A stretch of 64,000 nucleotides of DNA from an uncultured delta proteobacterium (GTDB lineage: Bacteria; Myxococcota_A; Polyangia; Fen-1088), in the NCBI GenBank assembly GCA_963796685.1, contig CAWCMR010000025.1, positions 768,001-832,000 on the forward strand, in the 5' to 3' direction. The translations under genes and the position numbers were made by a program. Each line of letters begins with the position of its first letter. Position 1 is the stretch's first letter. Positions 31,076-40,852 of the stretch are shown here, piece after piece. The notes below the pieces were generated by a model, which was given only the letters and a program-made list of their open reading frames with translations, was not told the origin of the DNA and did not search any database.

Positions 31076-31996
31076 GTGGGCAACCTTTCCACCGCGCGCA
31101 ACTTGGCCGAGCGCGAGCGCGGGTTGTGGGCGCGTTCTTGGTCGCTGGCGGTGACCACGTGTTTGGTGAGGATGCGCAGGCACGGTCCGGCCTCGGCCTC
31201 GCGGTCGGCCAGGGCGCGGAAACTGCGCTTGACCATGCGGTCTTCCAACGAATGGAAGCTGATGACGACCAGTCGTCCGCCGGGTTTGAGACACGATGGA
31301 GCATCGGCCAGGAGCTTCTCGAGGCTCGCCGAGCTCGTCGTTCAAGGCGATGCGCAGGGCCTGAAAGGTTCGCGTGGCCGGATCCTTGTTGCGCTCGCGC
31401 CTGCCGATGGCGTGGGCGACGAGCTTGGACAGGGCACCGGTCGTGGACAAGTCTTCGCTGCCGCGCGACTCGACGATGGTGCGGGCGATCTTGCGGGCAA
31501 AGCGTTCCTCGCCAAGATCCCGCAGGATCCGCTCGATCTCGTCTTCGTCCGCTCGGCGCAGGAAATCCGCCGCGGTTTCACCCTGCGACTGGTCCATACG
31601 CATGTCCAGCGGTCCGTCGTGGCGGAACGAAAATCCGCGCTCGGAACGGTCGAGTTGCATGGAGGAGACCCCCAGGTCGAGCAGACAACCATCCACCTGG
31701 GGGACGCCCACGCTCTCCAGGGTGGAGAGAAGCTCCCCGAAACGCGCGTGCGCGAGGGTCACCCTGCCGCCAAACGGTGCCAAACGGGCGCGTGCCCGTT
31801 CGATGGCCTCGAGATCCCGGTCGATACCCACAAGCCGACCATCAGGCGACGAGCGCTCCAGGATCGCGGCGGCGTGCCCACCGAGCCCGACCGTGGCGTC
31901 GCAGTAGATGCCACCGGCACACGGCGCAAGCATCGCCATGGCCTCTTCCAGAAGCACGGGCGAGTGGCCGGAGTCTTGAGCGATCTCGGTGATCAT
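31072..31996 (-). CDS. rsmH: 16S rRNA m4C1402 methyltransferase (frameshift near 31322)
   Basis: HSPVLL, DATVGLGGH, DLGVSSMQLD, PLDMRMD, TRTFQALRI; after the frameshift ISFHSLEDR, NPRSRSAKLR. Confidence 0.96.
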
Positions 31997-32300
31997 AGAT
32001 GACGGGTCCTGTCGGGCGCTGCCCTGAGACTCGCCGTTCCATGCCGTCGGTGAGAGGGATCTACCCCAACCCCAGCGGAATAGAATGCGAACATGGGCAG
32101 TTGATCCCAGGCGCAAGAAGCCTACCCATCATCCAACCCCCACCTGCCAAGTCAATTTTTTGCTTCCTGATTTTTCCCAATAATTGCAAGCATATTGAAG
32201 CATTTGCCAGGTTGGCGAAGGATTCTGGCCCAGGCAATACCTAGACTATATTAGTGAGCTAATTCACATATAAACTGAAGCATAATGCCTGTAACCCCGC

Positions 32301-32329
32301 TTGACTAAAGGCTTCTTTTGAGCGATAAC
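32301..32329 (+). promoter_or_regulatory. Putative sigma70 promoter of the degenerate Fic gene
   Basis: TTGACT (32301-32306), 17 nt, GATAAC (32324-32329) in the AT-rich divergent region. Confidence 0.4.
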
Positions 32330-32374
32330 GCGCTTGTCAAGAGACGGTTCAGCCAGGAGAAGGAGTGGACGTCC

Positions 32375-33142
32375 ATGGAAGCGAGGTTGTTCGAGCTTGA
32401 CGCGAAAATGGGAATGCTGGCCGACAAGGCGAGCGGTTTTCCCGACAAGGTCACGAGTGACTACCAGTACAAGCTGGATATCTCGTGGCTGTTCCACGAC
32501 AACGCCCTCGACGGGGTCGTGCTTTCCTATTCCGAGCTGAAAGCCGCCATCGACCAGCGGATCATCAGCGACGTTTCGCTGATTCCGACCTACGAGGAGG
32601 TCCGCACGCACAAGCAGGCCGCAGACTACCTGCGCGAGCTCGCCCGGGCGAAGAAACCTCCGGCCGTGGACCTGGAATTCATCCGCAAGCTCTACGCCCT
32701 GGTCACACCCGACGCGGCGGCCAAGGGCTGCCCGTACCGCAAGGAGAACCCCTTGCACCGGCTCTACTACCACGAGATCTGCCCGCCCGAGAAGATTGTG
32801 TACCAGATGCGCAAGCTGGGCGAGTGGCTGGAATCTTCGGAGTATACGTCCCTGCATCCCGTGGTCGCGGGGACCCGCCTTCAGCTCAAGCTGCTGCGCG
32901 CCTATCCGTGGACCAAGAACACCGGCAAGGTCGCACGATTGCTCACCAATTATGTGCTCCTACGCGCCAAGTACCTGCCTGCCATCATCCACTCCATCGA
33001 TCGGCAGCGCTACTACGAGGTGCTTCGCCACGACAACGACGGCTTGCTCGGCTTGGTCGTCGAATCGCTCGAAAACGGCATCGATACCACGACCAGGTTC
33101 TTCGACGAGCTTGGCGGCATCAAGGCCCGGCGAGCAAGCTAG
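32375..33142 (+). CDS. Fic/Fido-fold protein with degenerate catalytic motif
   Basis: Fic architecture (FHDNALDG..., IRKLYALV, YRKEN, HPVVAG) with loop YPWTKNTGKVARLLTNYVLLR in place of HPFxDGNGRxxR; DRQRYYE. AAGGAG RBS before ATG 32375. Confidence 0.8.
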   Translation: MEARLFELDAKMGMLADKASGFPDKVTSDYQYKLDISWLFHDNALDGVVLSYSELKAAIDQRIISDVSLIPTYEEVRTHKQAADYLRELARAKKPPAVDLEFIRKLYALVTPDAAAKGCPYRKENPLHRLYYHEICPPEKIVYQMRKLGEWLESSEYTSLHPVVAGTRLQLKLLRAYPWTKNTGKVARLLTNYVLLRAKYLPAIIHSIDRQRYYEVLRHDNDGLLGLVVESLENGIDTTTRFFDELGGIKARRAS

Positions 33143-33279
33143 CAATCTCGCCCCGCTTTCTTGGGTCTTGCTGCGGTTGGCGTAAGATCGACCCCAGGCC
33201 GTTGGCACGCGATGCTGGCGGTGGGGTCGGGTGACTGTCGTCAGCAGTCGCATCCCCGCGCTGGAAGGCGAGTCAGGGC

Positions 33280-35349
33280 ATGAACACACTTGCGGATCAA
33301 GTCGTCGAGCTCACCATCGCGCTGGTACGCGCCCTCGGTCGCGTGGCCCAGTACGACCCGGCCAAGCCCAATTTCCCTCGCCTGCGCGCCCGTCTTCTGA
33401 AAGAGCTTGGACGCTTGCATAGGACGCAGCCCGAAATCGGCTATATCGTCGGCCCACCCGCGGTGGCCGGCGGCCCGCCCGAAGTCTGGGTCGATGGCAC
33501 GTCGCCCCAGCGTACGGAGCTGCGCCGCCTCGTCGGACCCTCCATCGGTGGGGCCTTTGTCCTGCAGCTCCTCGAGTACCTGCAGCATCGCGGGATCGTA
33601 GCCCTGGGTTTCGCCCGCGGCGTGACCGAGCCCGAGTGGAACGCGTTCTTGGAAATCGCGGCCGTTCCACCGGTGGAGAAATCGCCGGCCGGCGAGGGCC
33701 GCCGCCTGGGCCGTGCCCTGCTCGAGAAGAAGGTGGCCCACATCTCCATCGTTTGCGAGAGCGAGCAACCTCCGGTCAAGCCCGACCTGCCCTGGTATGT
33801 GCGTCTGGCGCTTGCCCGGTTGGCGCACGACCTGCGCACCGCGATCACGTTGGGCGCCACCACGCCGGATGCCCTGTTTGGTCAGAGCGAACGCCTGGTC
33901 GCCGGCATGGCCTATTCGTACTTTCGCAAGTTCGATGTGCTCGAGCAGATGCTCTTTCACTGCAAGACTGTCGACCAGATGGTTCGCGATCTGCCCGCTC
34001 TGCGCGACGTCCACGCCGTGGACATCCTTCTGGGCGGCTTGCCCGCCATTTCCTTGCACGGGACGACCAACCTCATCCTCAAGGAGTCGGGCGGCGCCAA
34101 CGATCTGCCGCCCGAGCCCGCGGCGTCGGTTCTACGCGCCATCTCCGAGCGCATGCTCAGGATGCCGTCCTCGCGCCAGGTGGACGAAACCTTGCGCACG
34201 ATGTGTCGGCGCAAGATCGTGGCCATTACGCGCCTGCCGATCGAGCTGCAAGAATGGGTCTTGGCCGAAAACTGGGTCGAGGGCCTGCGCACCGACATGG
34301 GCAAGGAGCCCCCCAAAGGCAGCGCCGACAGCAACCCCGTGCGCATCCTGCAAAAGGGGGCGCGCTACGCGTTCATCCAGGGCCTGCCGGTCCAGGCCAC
34401 CGGCATTCTCGAGCGCATCAAGAACGTGGCACCCAAGGCGGTTCCCGAGGTCTTCGACGTTCCCACCGTCGAGGCGGTGCTGACCTCGTTTCCCGACGGC
34501 AAGGACGACCGTCGTGCGGTTCTCATGTTGCTCGATCAGGGCGGCGATACCGCCGCCGATTCGGTGGCCTCGGTCATCCTCGGCGGCGAGCCCAAGGTGT
34601 GCGAGGCAGCGGCGTGGATCCTGACCGAGATGAAGAACCGCGGCGTGGCGGCGACGCTGCGTGCCCTGAACCAGGACATCGAGAAGGAAGAGACCGCGCG
34701 CATGCTCATCGCGTGCGTGACCGGCAAAGCGCCGGAGAGCGCGGCCGATGTGTTCATCCGCCAGCTCAAGCACAAGTCCGCGCGCGTGCGGCGAGATGCC
34801 TTGACAGCTCTTGCGTCGGCGTGCCCGCCGGCCGCGGAAACCTACGTGGCGCTGGCCCTGGCCGATCCGGACGAGAGCGTGCGAATCCGCGCCCTGCTCT
34901 TGTGTGCCAACACGGGCGTTGGCAGCGAAAAGGTCATCCCGCGTGCCATTCAACTGGTGGCCAAGGATGCCCGCGGGGCTCCGCCCCAGGTCGTGCGCGC
35001 CGCTATCGAGGTCGTGGTGCGGCGTCGCGAGGCCGGGGCCCTGCCCATCGCCGAGGCGGAATTCGCGCTGTGCAGGCTGACCACACCCATAGGTTTCTTC
35101 GGCCGATTGATGGGCCAGAAGTCTCCGCCGGCCACGGTGATGGTGACCGCGATCGCCGCGCTTGGACGCCTCGGCACCGATCGCGCGAACAAGCTGCTCA
35201 CGCGCTTGAGCCACAGCAAGGATCCCGACATCGCGCAAGCCTCCCGTCGAGAACTGGATGACAAGGGCGGTCGCGGCCCCATGACCCCCATGCCCATGGT
35301 GGACAGCAGCGTCCTCCATATCGCAAGGAAGCCGCCTTCGGCGGGCTGA
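33280..35349 (+). CDS. Large alpha-helical protein with C-terminal HEAT repeats
   Basis: LKHKSARVRRDALTAL, LADPDESVRIRAL, AIAALGRLG, SKDPDIAQA. Confidence 0.75.
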   Translation: MNTLADQVVELTIALVRALGRVAQYDPAKPNFPRLRARLLKELGRLHRTQPEIGYIVGPPAVAGGPPEVWVDGTSPQRTELRRLVGPSIGGAFVLQLLEYLQHRGIVALGFARGVTEPEWNAFLEIAAVPPVEKSPAGEGRRLGRALLEKKVAHISIVCESEQPPVKPDLPWYVRLALARLAHDLRTAITLGATTPDALFGQSERLVAGMAYSYFRKFDVLEQMLFHCKTVDQMVRDLPALRDVHAVDILLGGLPAISLHGTTNLILKESGGANDLPPEPAASVLRAISERMLRMPSSRQVDETLRTMCRRKIVAITRLPIELQEWVLAENWVEGLRTDMGKEPPKGSADSNPVRILQKGARYAFIQGLPVQATGILERIKNVAPKAVPEVFDVPTVEAVLTSFPDGKDDRRAVLMLLDQGGDTAADSVASVILGGEPKVCEAAAWILTEMKNRGVAATLRALNQDIEKEETARMLIACVTGKAPESAADVFIRQLKHKSARVRRDALTALASACPPAAETYVALALADPDESVRIRALLLCANTGVGSEKVIPRAIQLVAKDARGAPPQVVRAAIEVVVRRREAGALPIAEAEFALCRLTTPIGFFGRLMGQKSPPATVMVTAIAALGRLGTDRANKLLTRLSHSKDPDIAQASRRELDDKGGRGPMTPMPMVDSSVLHIARKPPSAG

Positions 35350-35561
35350 GAATGTATAGTCCGGCCTACCCTCCCACTTCCAGGCCCATGCCTGCGCCCT
35401 GCCTCGCGCCGTGAATCCACGCCTGTGATCTCGGACGGTGGGCTATAATGAAAGAATATCCACGTCGCAGCAAAGGCGGCGCGAAGGTTTCACAGTTCCC
35501 AGGTAGCAAAGTCCAAGTGTTCCGTCGGGAAGAGCCCAGTACCACGACGGGGAGGAGCACG

Positions 35562-38500
35562 ATGCGCAGGATTCTCGTTTTCGTCGGCATGATCGGATCC
35601 ATCGGTGCGTGCGTGGATCTCAGCAAGCCTGAGAAGGTTGCCGAGTGCGCGAAGGACAATACTTGCGTCAATGCCTCCCTCGTGGACAGCGGGAGCACGC
35701 GCCCGGATGGCAAGAAGGACGGGAATCCGTACATCGAAGGGTCGATGGACGCGGAGAGCCCAGGCCCCGACGCCGTTGCCCCAACCGATGACACGTCCTC
35801 CATCAATCCCGCGATCGACGCCGGGGAGCTTCCCGACCTGTCGATCTCGGACACGATCGTGCCCATCCTCGACGATGGCTCCGTGCCGGACGCACCGGTG
35901 ATTCTCGGCGATGGCCCGATTCCCGACACCCCCATCATCGCCGACGTGCGGAACGACGTACCTGTCACGCGCGATGTCGCAGCGGGGATCTGTGCTTCAG
36001 GTGGTGTGATCCAGCCCGCCGGAACCGTTTGCCGCCCCGCTGCCGGGTTATGCGACGTCGCCGAAACCTGCGACGGCGTGAGCGCCGACTGCCCACCCGA
36101 CAAGCTCGCGTCCGCCGGGACAGAGTGTCGAGCCGTCGGTGGCGACTGTGACATCCCGGAATCCTGCTCGGGCACCAGCCCGGACTGCCCGGCCGACGGG
36201 TTCAAGCAAGCTGGCGCGGTTTGCCGACCGGCGGTGCCAGGCGGGTGCGACGTCGCCGAAAGCTGCACCGGCACCGGCGCGGCCTGCCCGGCCGATTCAC
36301 TGGCGCCAGCAACCACCGTGTGCCGGGCATCGACGGACAACAACCAGTGCGACCCGGCCGAGCTGTGCACGGGTGCGAGCCCGAGCTGCCCGGTCGATGT
36401 GTTGTACAGCCGTCCTGCCGTTCCTGGCAACGTCGCGGCGGCCCCGGGAACGCTTCAGGCCAGCATCTCGTGGAGCGCAGCCACCGGTGCCACAGGCTAC
36501 AATGTCAAGCAGAGCACCACGACCGGGAGCGGCTATACGACGCTCGGGACCTCACCCACGGCAAGCGCTTCGCCTTACGTCGACACGGGCTTGACAGGGA
36601 GCACGACCTATTACTACGTCGTCTCGTCCATCGATACGATCGCGACCTGCGAATCGGCCAACTCAACCGAGGTGTCGGTGGTTCCCGCTGGCGCGTGTAC
36701 CGCTCCGAGTCCACCCGCCATCAGCGCGACACCTGGTAACGGCGTGATCTCGCTGTCATGGCCAGCGGTGACAGGTGCCGTCTCATACTCGGTTTCGCGC
36801 AAGGTTACCCCGGGGACAGCCGACTACGCCATCATCGCCGCGGCCATCACGACCATGAGCTACAACGACAGTGCCGTACAATACGGAACAAACTACTCCT
36901 ACGTGGTGACGGCCAGCAACGGTACGTGCAGCTCGGGCAACTCGAACGCGGTCGTGTCGTCGCCGCTGTGCACGCCGCCGGCAACCGCTCCCACCGCCTT
37001 GTCGGCTGCCATCCCGAGCCTCGGTGGCCAAGTCACACTGAACTGGACCGGGTCCGCTGACGCGCAAACCTACCAAATCCTACGTAAGCTCCACGCCAAC
37101 ACGAGCTACGTCCAGATCGGCCAGGTAAGCGCCGGAACCCTGACCTATTCGGACAGCGGACTGACCAATGGGCAAAGTTACGACTATGTCGTCACCTCGA
37201 ACAATGGAACCTGTGCGTCGACAACTTCCAACGTGGTCACGGCGGTGCCCCAGTGCTCCGTTTCGGCGCCGGTCTTCCGAACCCCGGCAACAGTCGGCGA
37301 CAAGGAAGTCGACCTGAGCTGGAGCACATCGGCTGGCGCAATCAATTACACGCTTTCGCGCAAGCTGACTTCGGGTTCAACCTACGCCGTGATCACGACT
37401 CCAGCGATCACGGCCACATCCTATGCCGACAAGGATGTGGCCTTGGTCAATGGTACGTCCTATGACTACGTGGTCCGGGCCAGCAATGGCAATTGCGCCT
37501 CGGCCAACTCCGCTCCGATCTCCGCGACGCCGATTTGCACGCCACCATCCACACCTGGCACGTTGGTTGGAACGCCCGGCAACGCGACGGCGACACTCAC
37601 CTGGGGCGCCTCTACGCCAGCGCCAGACTCGTACACTGTCCAGCGCAAGGTCGGCTCGACCGGAACCTATGCCGACCTCGGTACGACGACGAACGGTACG
37701 ACCACCAGCTACGCGGACAACACCGCTGTCAACGACATCACCTACTTCTACCGCGTCCGCGCCAACAAGGGCTCGTGCAGCTCGGGCTACGACGCCGAGG
37801 TTTCGGTCACGCCAACCTTCTGCCCGCAGGGAGCGTCGGGAACGCCGACCCTGACCATCACCAGCAGCACGCAGATCAAAGTGGACTGGACCGCATCCAC
37901 GCCCGCTCCCGCGAGCTACAACATCGGACGCAGCCCGGACGGCGTTGCCTACACATCGGTTGGCAGTGTCGCCGGAGCGAGCCTGACGTTCACGGATCCC
38001 TCGGCGGGCCTGCTCATCGGTGCGACCTACTACTACCAAATCACCGCAGTCGGTGCCTCGTGCTCCACCACCTCGGCCGCTGGCTCCATCGTGCTGGCGT
38101 GCCAAACGCCGGGGGTTCCCGTGCCAACCGCCGCGAGCTCGGCCGGGGCAATCTCCATCTCGTGGCCCCCGGTCACCGGCGCGACAGCCTATTCGGTGAC
38201 CCGCAGTCCGTGTACGGGCGGCACTTGTCCGGTGGTCAGCGCCAACCAGACATCCGCCACGTTCACGGATCCGGCAAGCGGGCTGACCAACGGGACGACG
38301 TACTCGTACCAGGTCACCGCGAGCAATGCCGACCATCAATGCGTATCGGACCAGTCGGCCGCGGCCTCGGCAATGTCCTGCACGGTGCCGGTCGTGCCAG
38401 TTGGAGTAGGCGCCAGGCGGACCGGCAACAAGCAGGTCACGATTTCATGGACGAATTCGTCAGGTGCGAGCTACTACGACGTACTCCGCAGCACCACGAG

Positions 38501-38945
38501 CGGCTCGGGTTATGCATCGGTCGGGCACGCGGCGGGCACACCGTTCCTGGACAACACGGCCGCGAACGGGACCGTGTACTACTACGTCGTGGCAGCGAAG
38601 AGCGATGCCGCCGGAAATTGCCCTGCTTCCGGCAATTCCGCGCAGGTTACCGCGCCTTCTTGTACGGTGGGCGGCTGCGCCACCGGGACCCAATGCTCCC
38701 TGTCCTTCAGCAACGTGGATACGCGAAACGGTTACTGCTGGATCACGTGCGACACGGGGTTGGCAGGAACAGGCAACTGGAACTTCGGCAACAGCGGCAC
38801 GCTCTACGTCAACAACGCTACACCCGCCAGCGGCACCGCGCTTCCGGCCGCCGTCAACTCTGGGCTTGCGTTTTATTTCTCCCCGAGCACCCACAGCGAC
38901 AGTTGGTATGGCATGTGGAATGGAACCGGAGCCACCTGCCCCTAG
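35562..38945 (+). CDS. Large lipoprotein with 4 disintegrin-like repeats, 8 FN3 repeats and a C-terminal CBM-like domain
   Basis: GGAGG RBS, lipobox IGAC, CRxxxxxCDxxExCxGxxxxCPxD x4, repeated FN3 motifs (xSW...Y.V.R...Y.D..L.NG..Y.Y.V). Confidence 0.85.
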   Translation: MRRILVFVGMIGSIGACVDLSKPEKVAECAKDNTCVNASLVDSGSTRPDGKKDGNPYIEGSMDAESPGPDAVAPTDDTSSINPAIDAGELPDLSISDTIVPILDDGSVPDAPVILGDGPIPDTPIIADVRNDVPVTRDVAAGICASGGVIQPAGTVCRPAAGLCDVAETCDGVSADCPPDKLASAGTECRAVGGDCDIPESCSGTSPDCPADGFKQAGAVCRPAVPGGCDVAESCTGTGAACPADSLAPATTVCRASTDNNQCDPAELCTGASPSCPVDVLYSRPAVPGNVAAAPGTLQASISWSAATGATGYNVKQSTTTGSGYTTLGTSPTASASPYVDTGLTGSTTYYYVVSSIDTIATCESANSTEVSVVPAGACTAPSPPAISATPGNGVISLSWPAVTGAVSYSVSRKVTPGTADYAIIAAAITTMSYNDSAVQYGTNYSYVVTASNGTCSSGNSNAVVSSPLCTPPATAPTALSAAIPSLGGQVTLNWTGSADAQTYQILRKLHANTSYVQIGQVSAGTLTYSDSGLTNGQSYDYVVTSNNGTCASTTSNVVTAVPQCSVSAPVFRTPATVGDKEVDLSWSTSAGAINYTLSRKLTSGSTYAVITTPAITATSYADKDVALVNGTSYDYVVRASNGNCASANSAPISATPICTPPSTPGTLVGTPGNATATLTWGASTPAPDSYTVQRKVGSTGTYADLGTTTNGTTTSYADNTAVNDITYFYRVRANKGSCSSGYDAEVSVTPTFCPQGASGTPTLTITSSTQIKVDWTASTPAPASYNIGRSPDGVAYTSVGSVAGASLTFTDPSAGLLIGATYYYQITAVGASCSTTSAAGSIVLACQTPGVPVPTAASSAGAISISWPPVTGATAYSVTRSPCTGGTCPVVSANQTSATFTDPASGLTNGTTYSYQVTASNADHQCVSDQSAAASAMSCTVPVVPVGVGARRTGNKQVTISWTNSSGASYYDVLRSTTSGSGYASVGHAAGTPFLDNTAANGTVYYYVVAAKSDAAGNCPASGNSAQVTAPSCTVGGCATGTQCSLSFSNVDTRNGYCWITCDTGLAGTGNWNFGNSGTLYVNNATPASGTALPAAVNSGLAFYFSPSTHSDSWYGMWNGTGATCP

Positions 38946-38948
38946 CGC

Positions 38949-40667
38949 TTACGCGGTCACATACGGCGCGATCTTGGCTGGATCCTTGACCACCAGGTAG
39001 TCCTCGACAAAGAGAGCATCGAGGCCGGTGGTCATGAGGCACTTGATGGCCTCGTCCACGGTGTTGATGATGGGCTCGCCGCGGATGTTGAACGAGGTGT
39101 TGAGCACGCAGTCGACACCTGTCAGGCGGCCGAATTCCTCGATCAGCCGGTAGTAGCGCGGGTTTTGCCCTTCGTTCACGGTCTGCACGCGGGCGGTGCC
39201 GTCGACGTGGGTGATGGCGGGCAGGACCTCGATCATCTCGGGCCGGGTCGGGTAGGCGCGCAACATGTACGGCGAGGGCACGGAGCTTTCGAAGTACTTG
39301 CCGCAGGACTCTTCCAGCACCGAGGGTGCGTAGGGCCGGAAGGGCTCGCGGAACTTCACCGTGGCGTTGAGCAAGTCCTTCATGTCCTTGCGGCGCGGGT
39401 CGGCCAAGATGGATCGGTTGCCGAGTGCGCGCGGGCCGAATTCGGCGCGGCCCTGGAACCAGGCGATGATGAGCCCGTCGGCGATCATGCGCGCGGCGGT
39501 CAGCTCGGGCTGCTTCAGCGTGTGGTAGCGAAGCTGGCCGCGATCGAGCACGGCGCGCACCTGCGCGGGTGTGAACCCGGTGCCGAGGTACTCGCTGGCG
39601 ACTTCCATCGAGCGTTTCCCACGGTTCAGGATGTGCTCCACGACCAGCGCGGCGCCCACCGACGTGCCGGTGTCGCCCGCCGCCGGATAGAAGAAGAACC
39701 TCTCGAAGTCGGTCTCGCGCTGGAGCCGGCCGTTGGCCACGCAGTTGAGGGCCACGCCGCCCGCCACGCACAGGTTCTTGGCGCCGGTCAGGTTTCGCGC
39801 CAGCCGCGCCAGGTGCAGCATGGCTTCCTCGGTCACCGCCTGCAGCGCGAACGAGATATCCTCGTACCGCTTGTCGACCGCGCTCTCGGGCAGGCGCGGC
39901 GGCCCGAGCAAGGCCACCAGCTTCTCGCTGTAGCGGTGCGGGCGGTCGTGGAAATACTCGAAGAAGGACAGATCGAGCTCGAAGCCGCGCTCGGTGAGGG
40001 CGATGAGCTTGCCCAGCTTGCCCACGTACTCGCTGTCGTGCCCGTACGACGCCAGCCCCATGACCTTGCCTTCGCCGCTGTTGGCGCGGAACCCCAGGTA
40101 GTCGGTCAGCGCGGCGTAGAGCGAGCCGATGGAGTGGGGAAAATCGATCTCGGCCAACAGGTCGATGGTCGCCCCTTGCCCGCGGTAGATGGTCGTGGAC
40201 TGGCGTTCGCCGTAGCCGTCGGCGGTGAGGATGGCCGCGTCCTCGAAGGGCGAGGTGAAGAACGCCGCGGCCGCGTGGCACAGATGGTGCGTGATGTAGT
40301 GGATGGCCAGCTTGTGCCCCGAAGCCAGGTGGACGGTCTGCTCGACGCTGTTGACCCGTTCGCCCAGCTTGGGGATCAGCCGCGAAGGAACGCCGTAAAG
40401 GTACTCCAGGTGGTGGCGCACAGAGCCAACCATCCGGCGCGGAGGCGCCTCGGCGTGGATGCCGGGGTTCCAGAAAAAGCCGATGGCATCGAGGTCGGCG
40501 AGCTTCAGCCCATGCGTCTTCAGACAAAAATCGATGGCCTTGTCGGGGAAGCCGGCATCGTGCTTGAGGCGCGTGAAGCGCTCTTCTTGGCTGGCGGCGA
40601 CGACCCGGCCGTCGACCACCAGGGCTGCGGCCGCGTCGTTGGAATGGTTGATGCCCAGGATCTTCAT
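38949..40667 (-). CDS. O-carbamoyltransferase, NodU/CmcH/TobZ family
   Basis: EERFTRLKH, HHLCHAAAAF, EGKVMGLASYG, GGVALNC, EFGPRALGNRS, KFREPFRPYAP, HVDGTARVQ, LNTSFN. Confidence 0.95.
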   Translation of the reverse strand: MKILGINHSNDAAAALVVDGRVVAASQEERFTRLKHDAGFPDKAIDFCLKTHGLKLADLDAIGFFWNPGIHAEAPPRRMVGSVRHHLEYLYGVPSRLIPKLGERVNSVEQTVHLASGHKLAIHYITHHLCHAAAAFFTSPFEDAAILTADGYGERQSTTIYRGQGATIDLLAEIDFPHSIGSLYAALTDYLGFRANSGEGKVMGLASYGHDSEYVGKLGKLIALTERGFELDLSFFEYFHDRPHRYSEKLVALLGPPRLPESAVDKRYEDISFALQAVTEEAMLHLARLARNLTGAKNLCVAGGVALNCVANGRLQRETDFERFFFYPAAGDTGTSVGAALVVEHILNRGKRSMEVASEYLGTGFTPAQVRAVLDRGQLRYHTLKQPELTAARMIADGLIIAWFQGRAEFGPRALGNRSILADPRRKDMKDLLNATVKFREPFRPYAPSVLEESCGKYFESSVPSPYMLRAYPTRPEMIEVLPAITHVDGTARVQTVNEGQNPRYYRLIEEFGRLTGVDCVLNTSFNIRGEPIINTVDEAIKCLMTTGLDALFVEDYLVVKDPAKIAPYVTA

Positions 40668-40852
40668 GGTCGACCTCGCTAGCACCGCCAGCCTCGTGGG
40701 ACTGGCCTGGCCCAAGGACGGTAGCGTGCCCCACCGTTCCGGTCAAAGAACGACCTGATTGCGGCGCTGTCGTACCGGAGGTGCAGCGCATGGTCCCGGC
40801 ATGACCCGAGAGCGCGGGGTTCGCAGCTGCCATCGGGATCAGGACATGCTAG

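Noticed and set aside
32060-32150. MraZ-binding TGGG repeats upstream of rsmH
   Set aside because: TGGG/TGGA words are present on the minus strand but not at the regular 10-bp period.
33202-33218. Sigma54 promoter (TGGCACG...TGC) upstream of the HEAT gene
   Set aside because: GG-to-GC spacing is 8 nt rather than the required 10.
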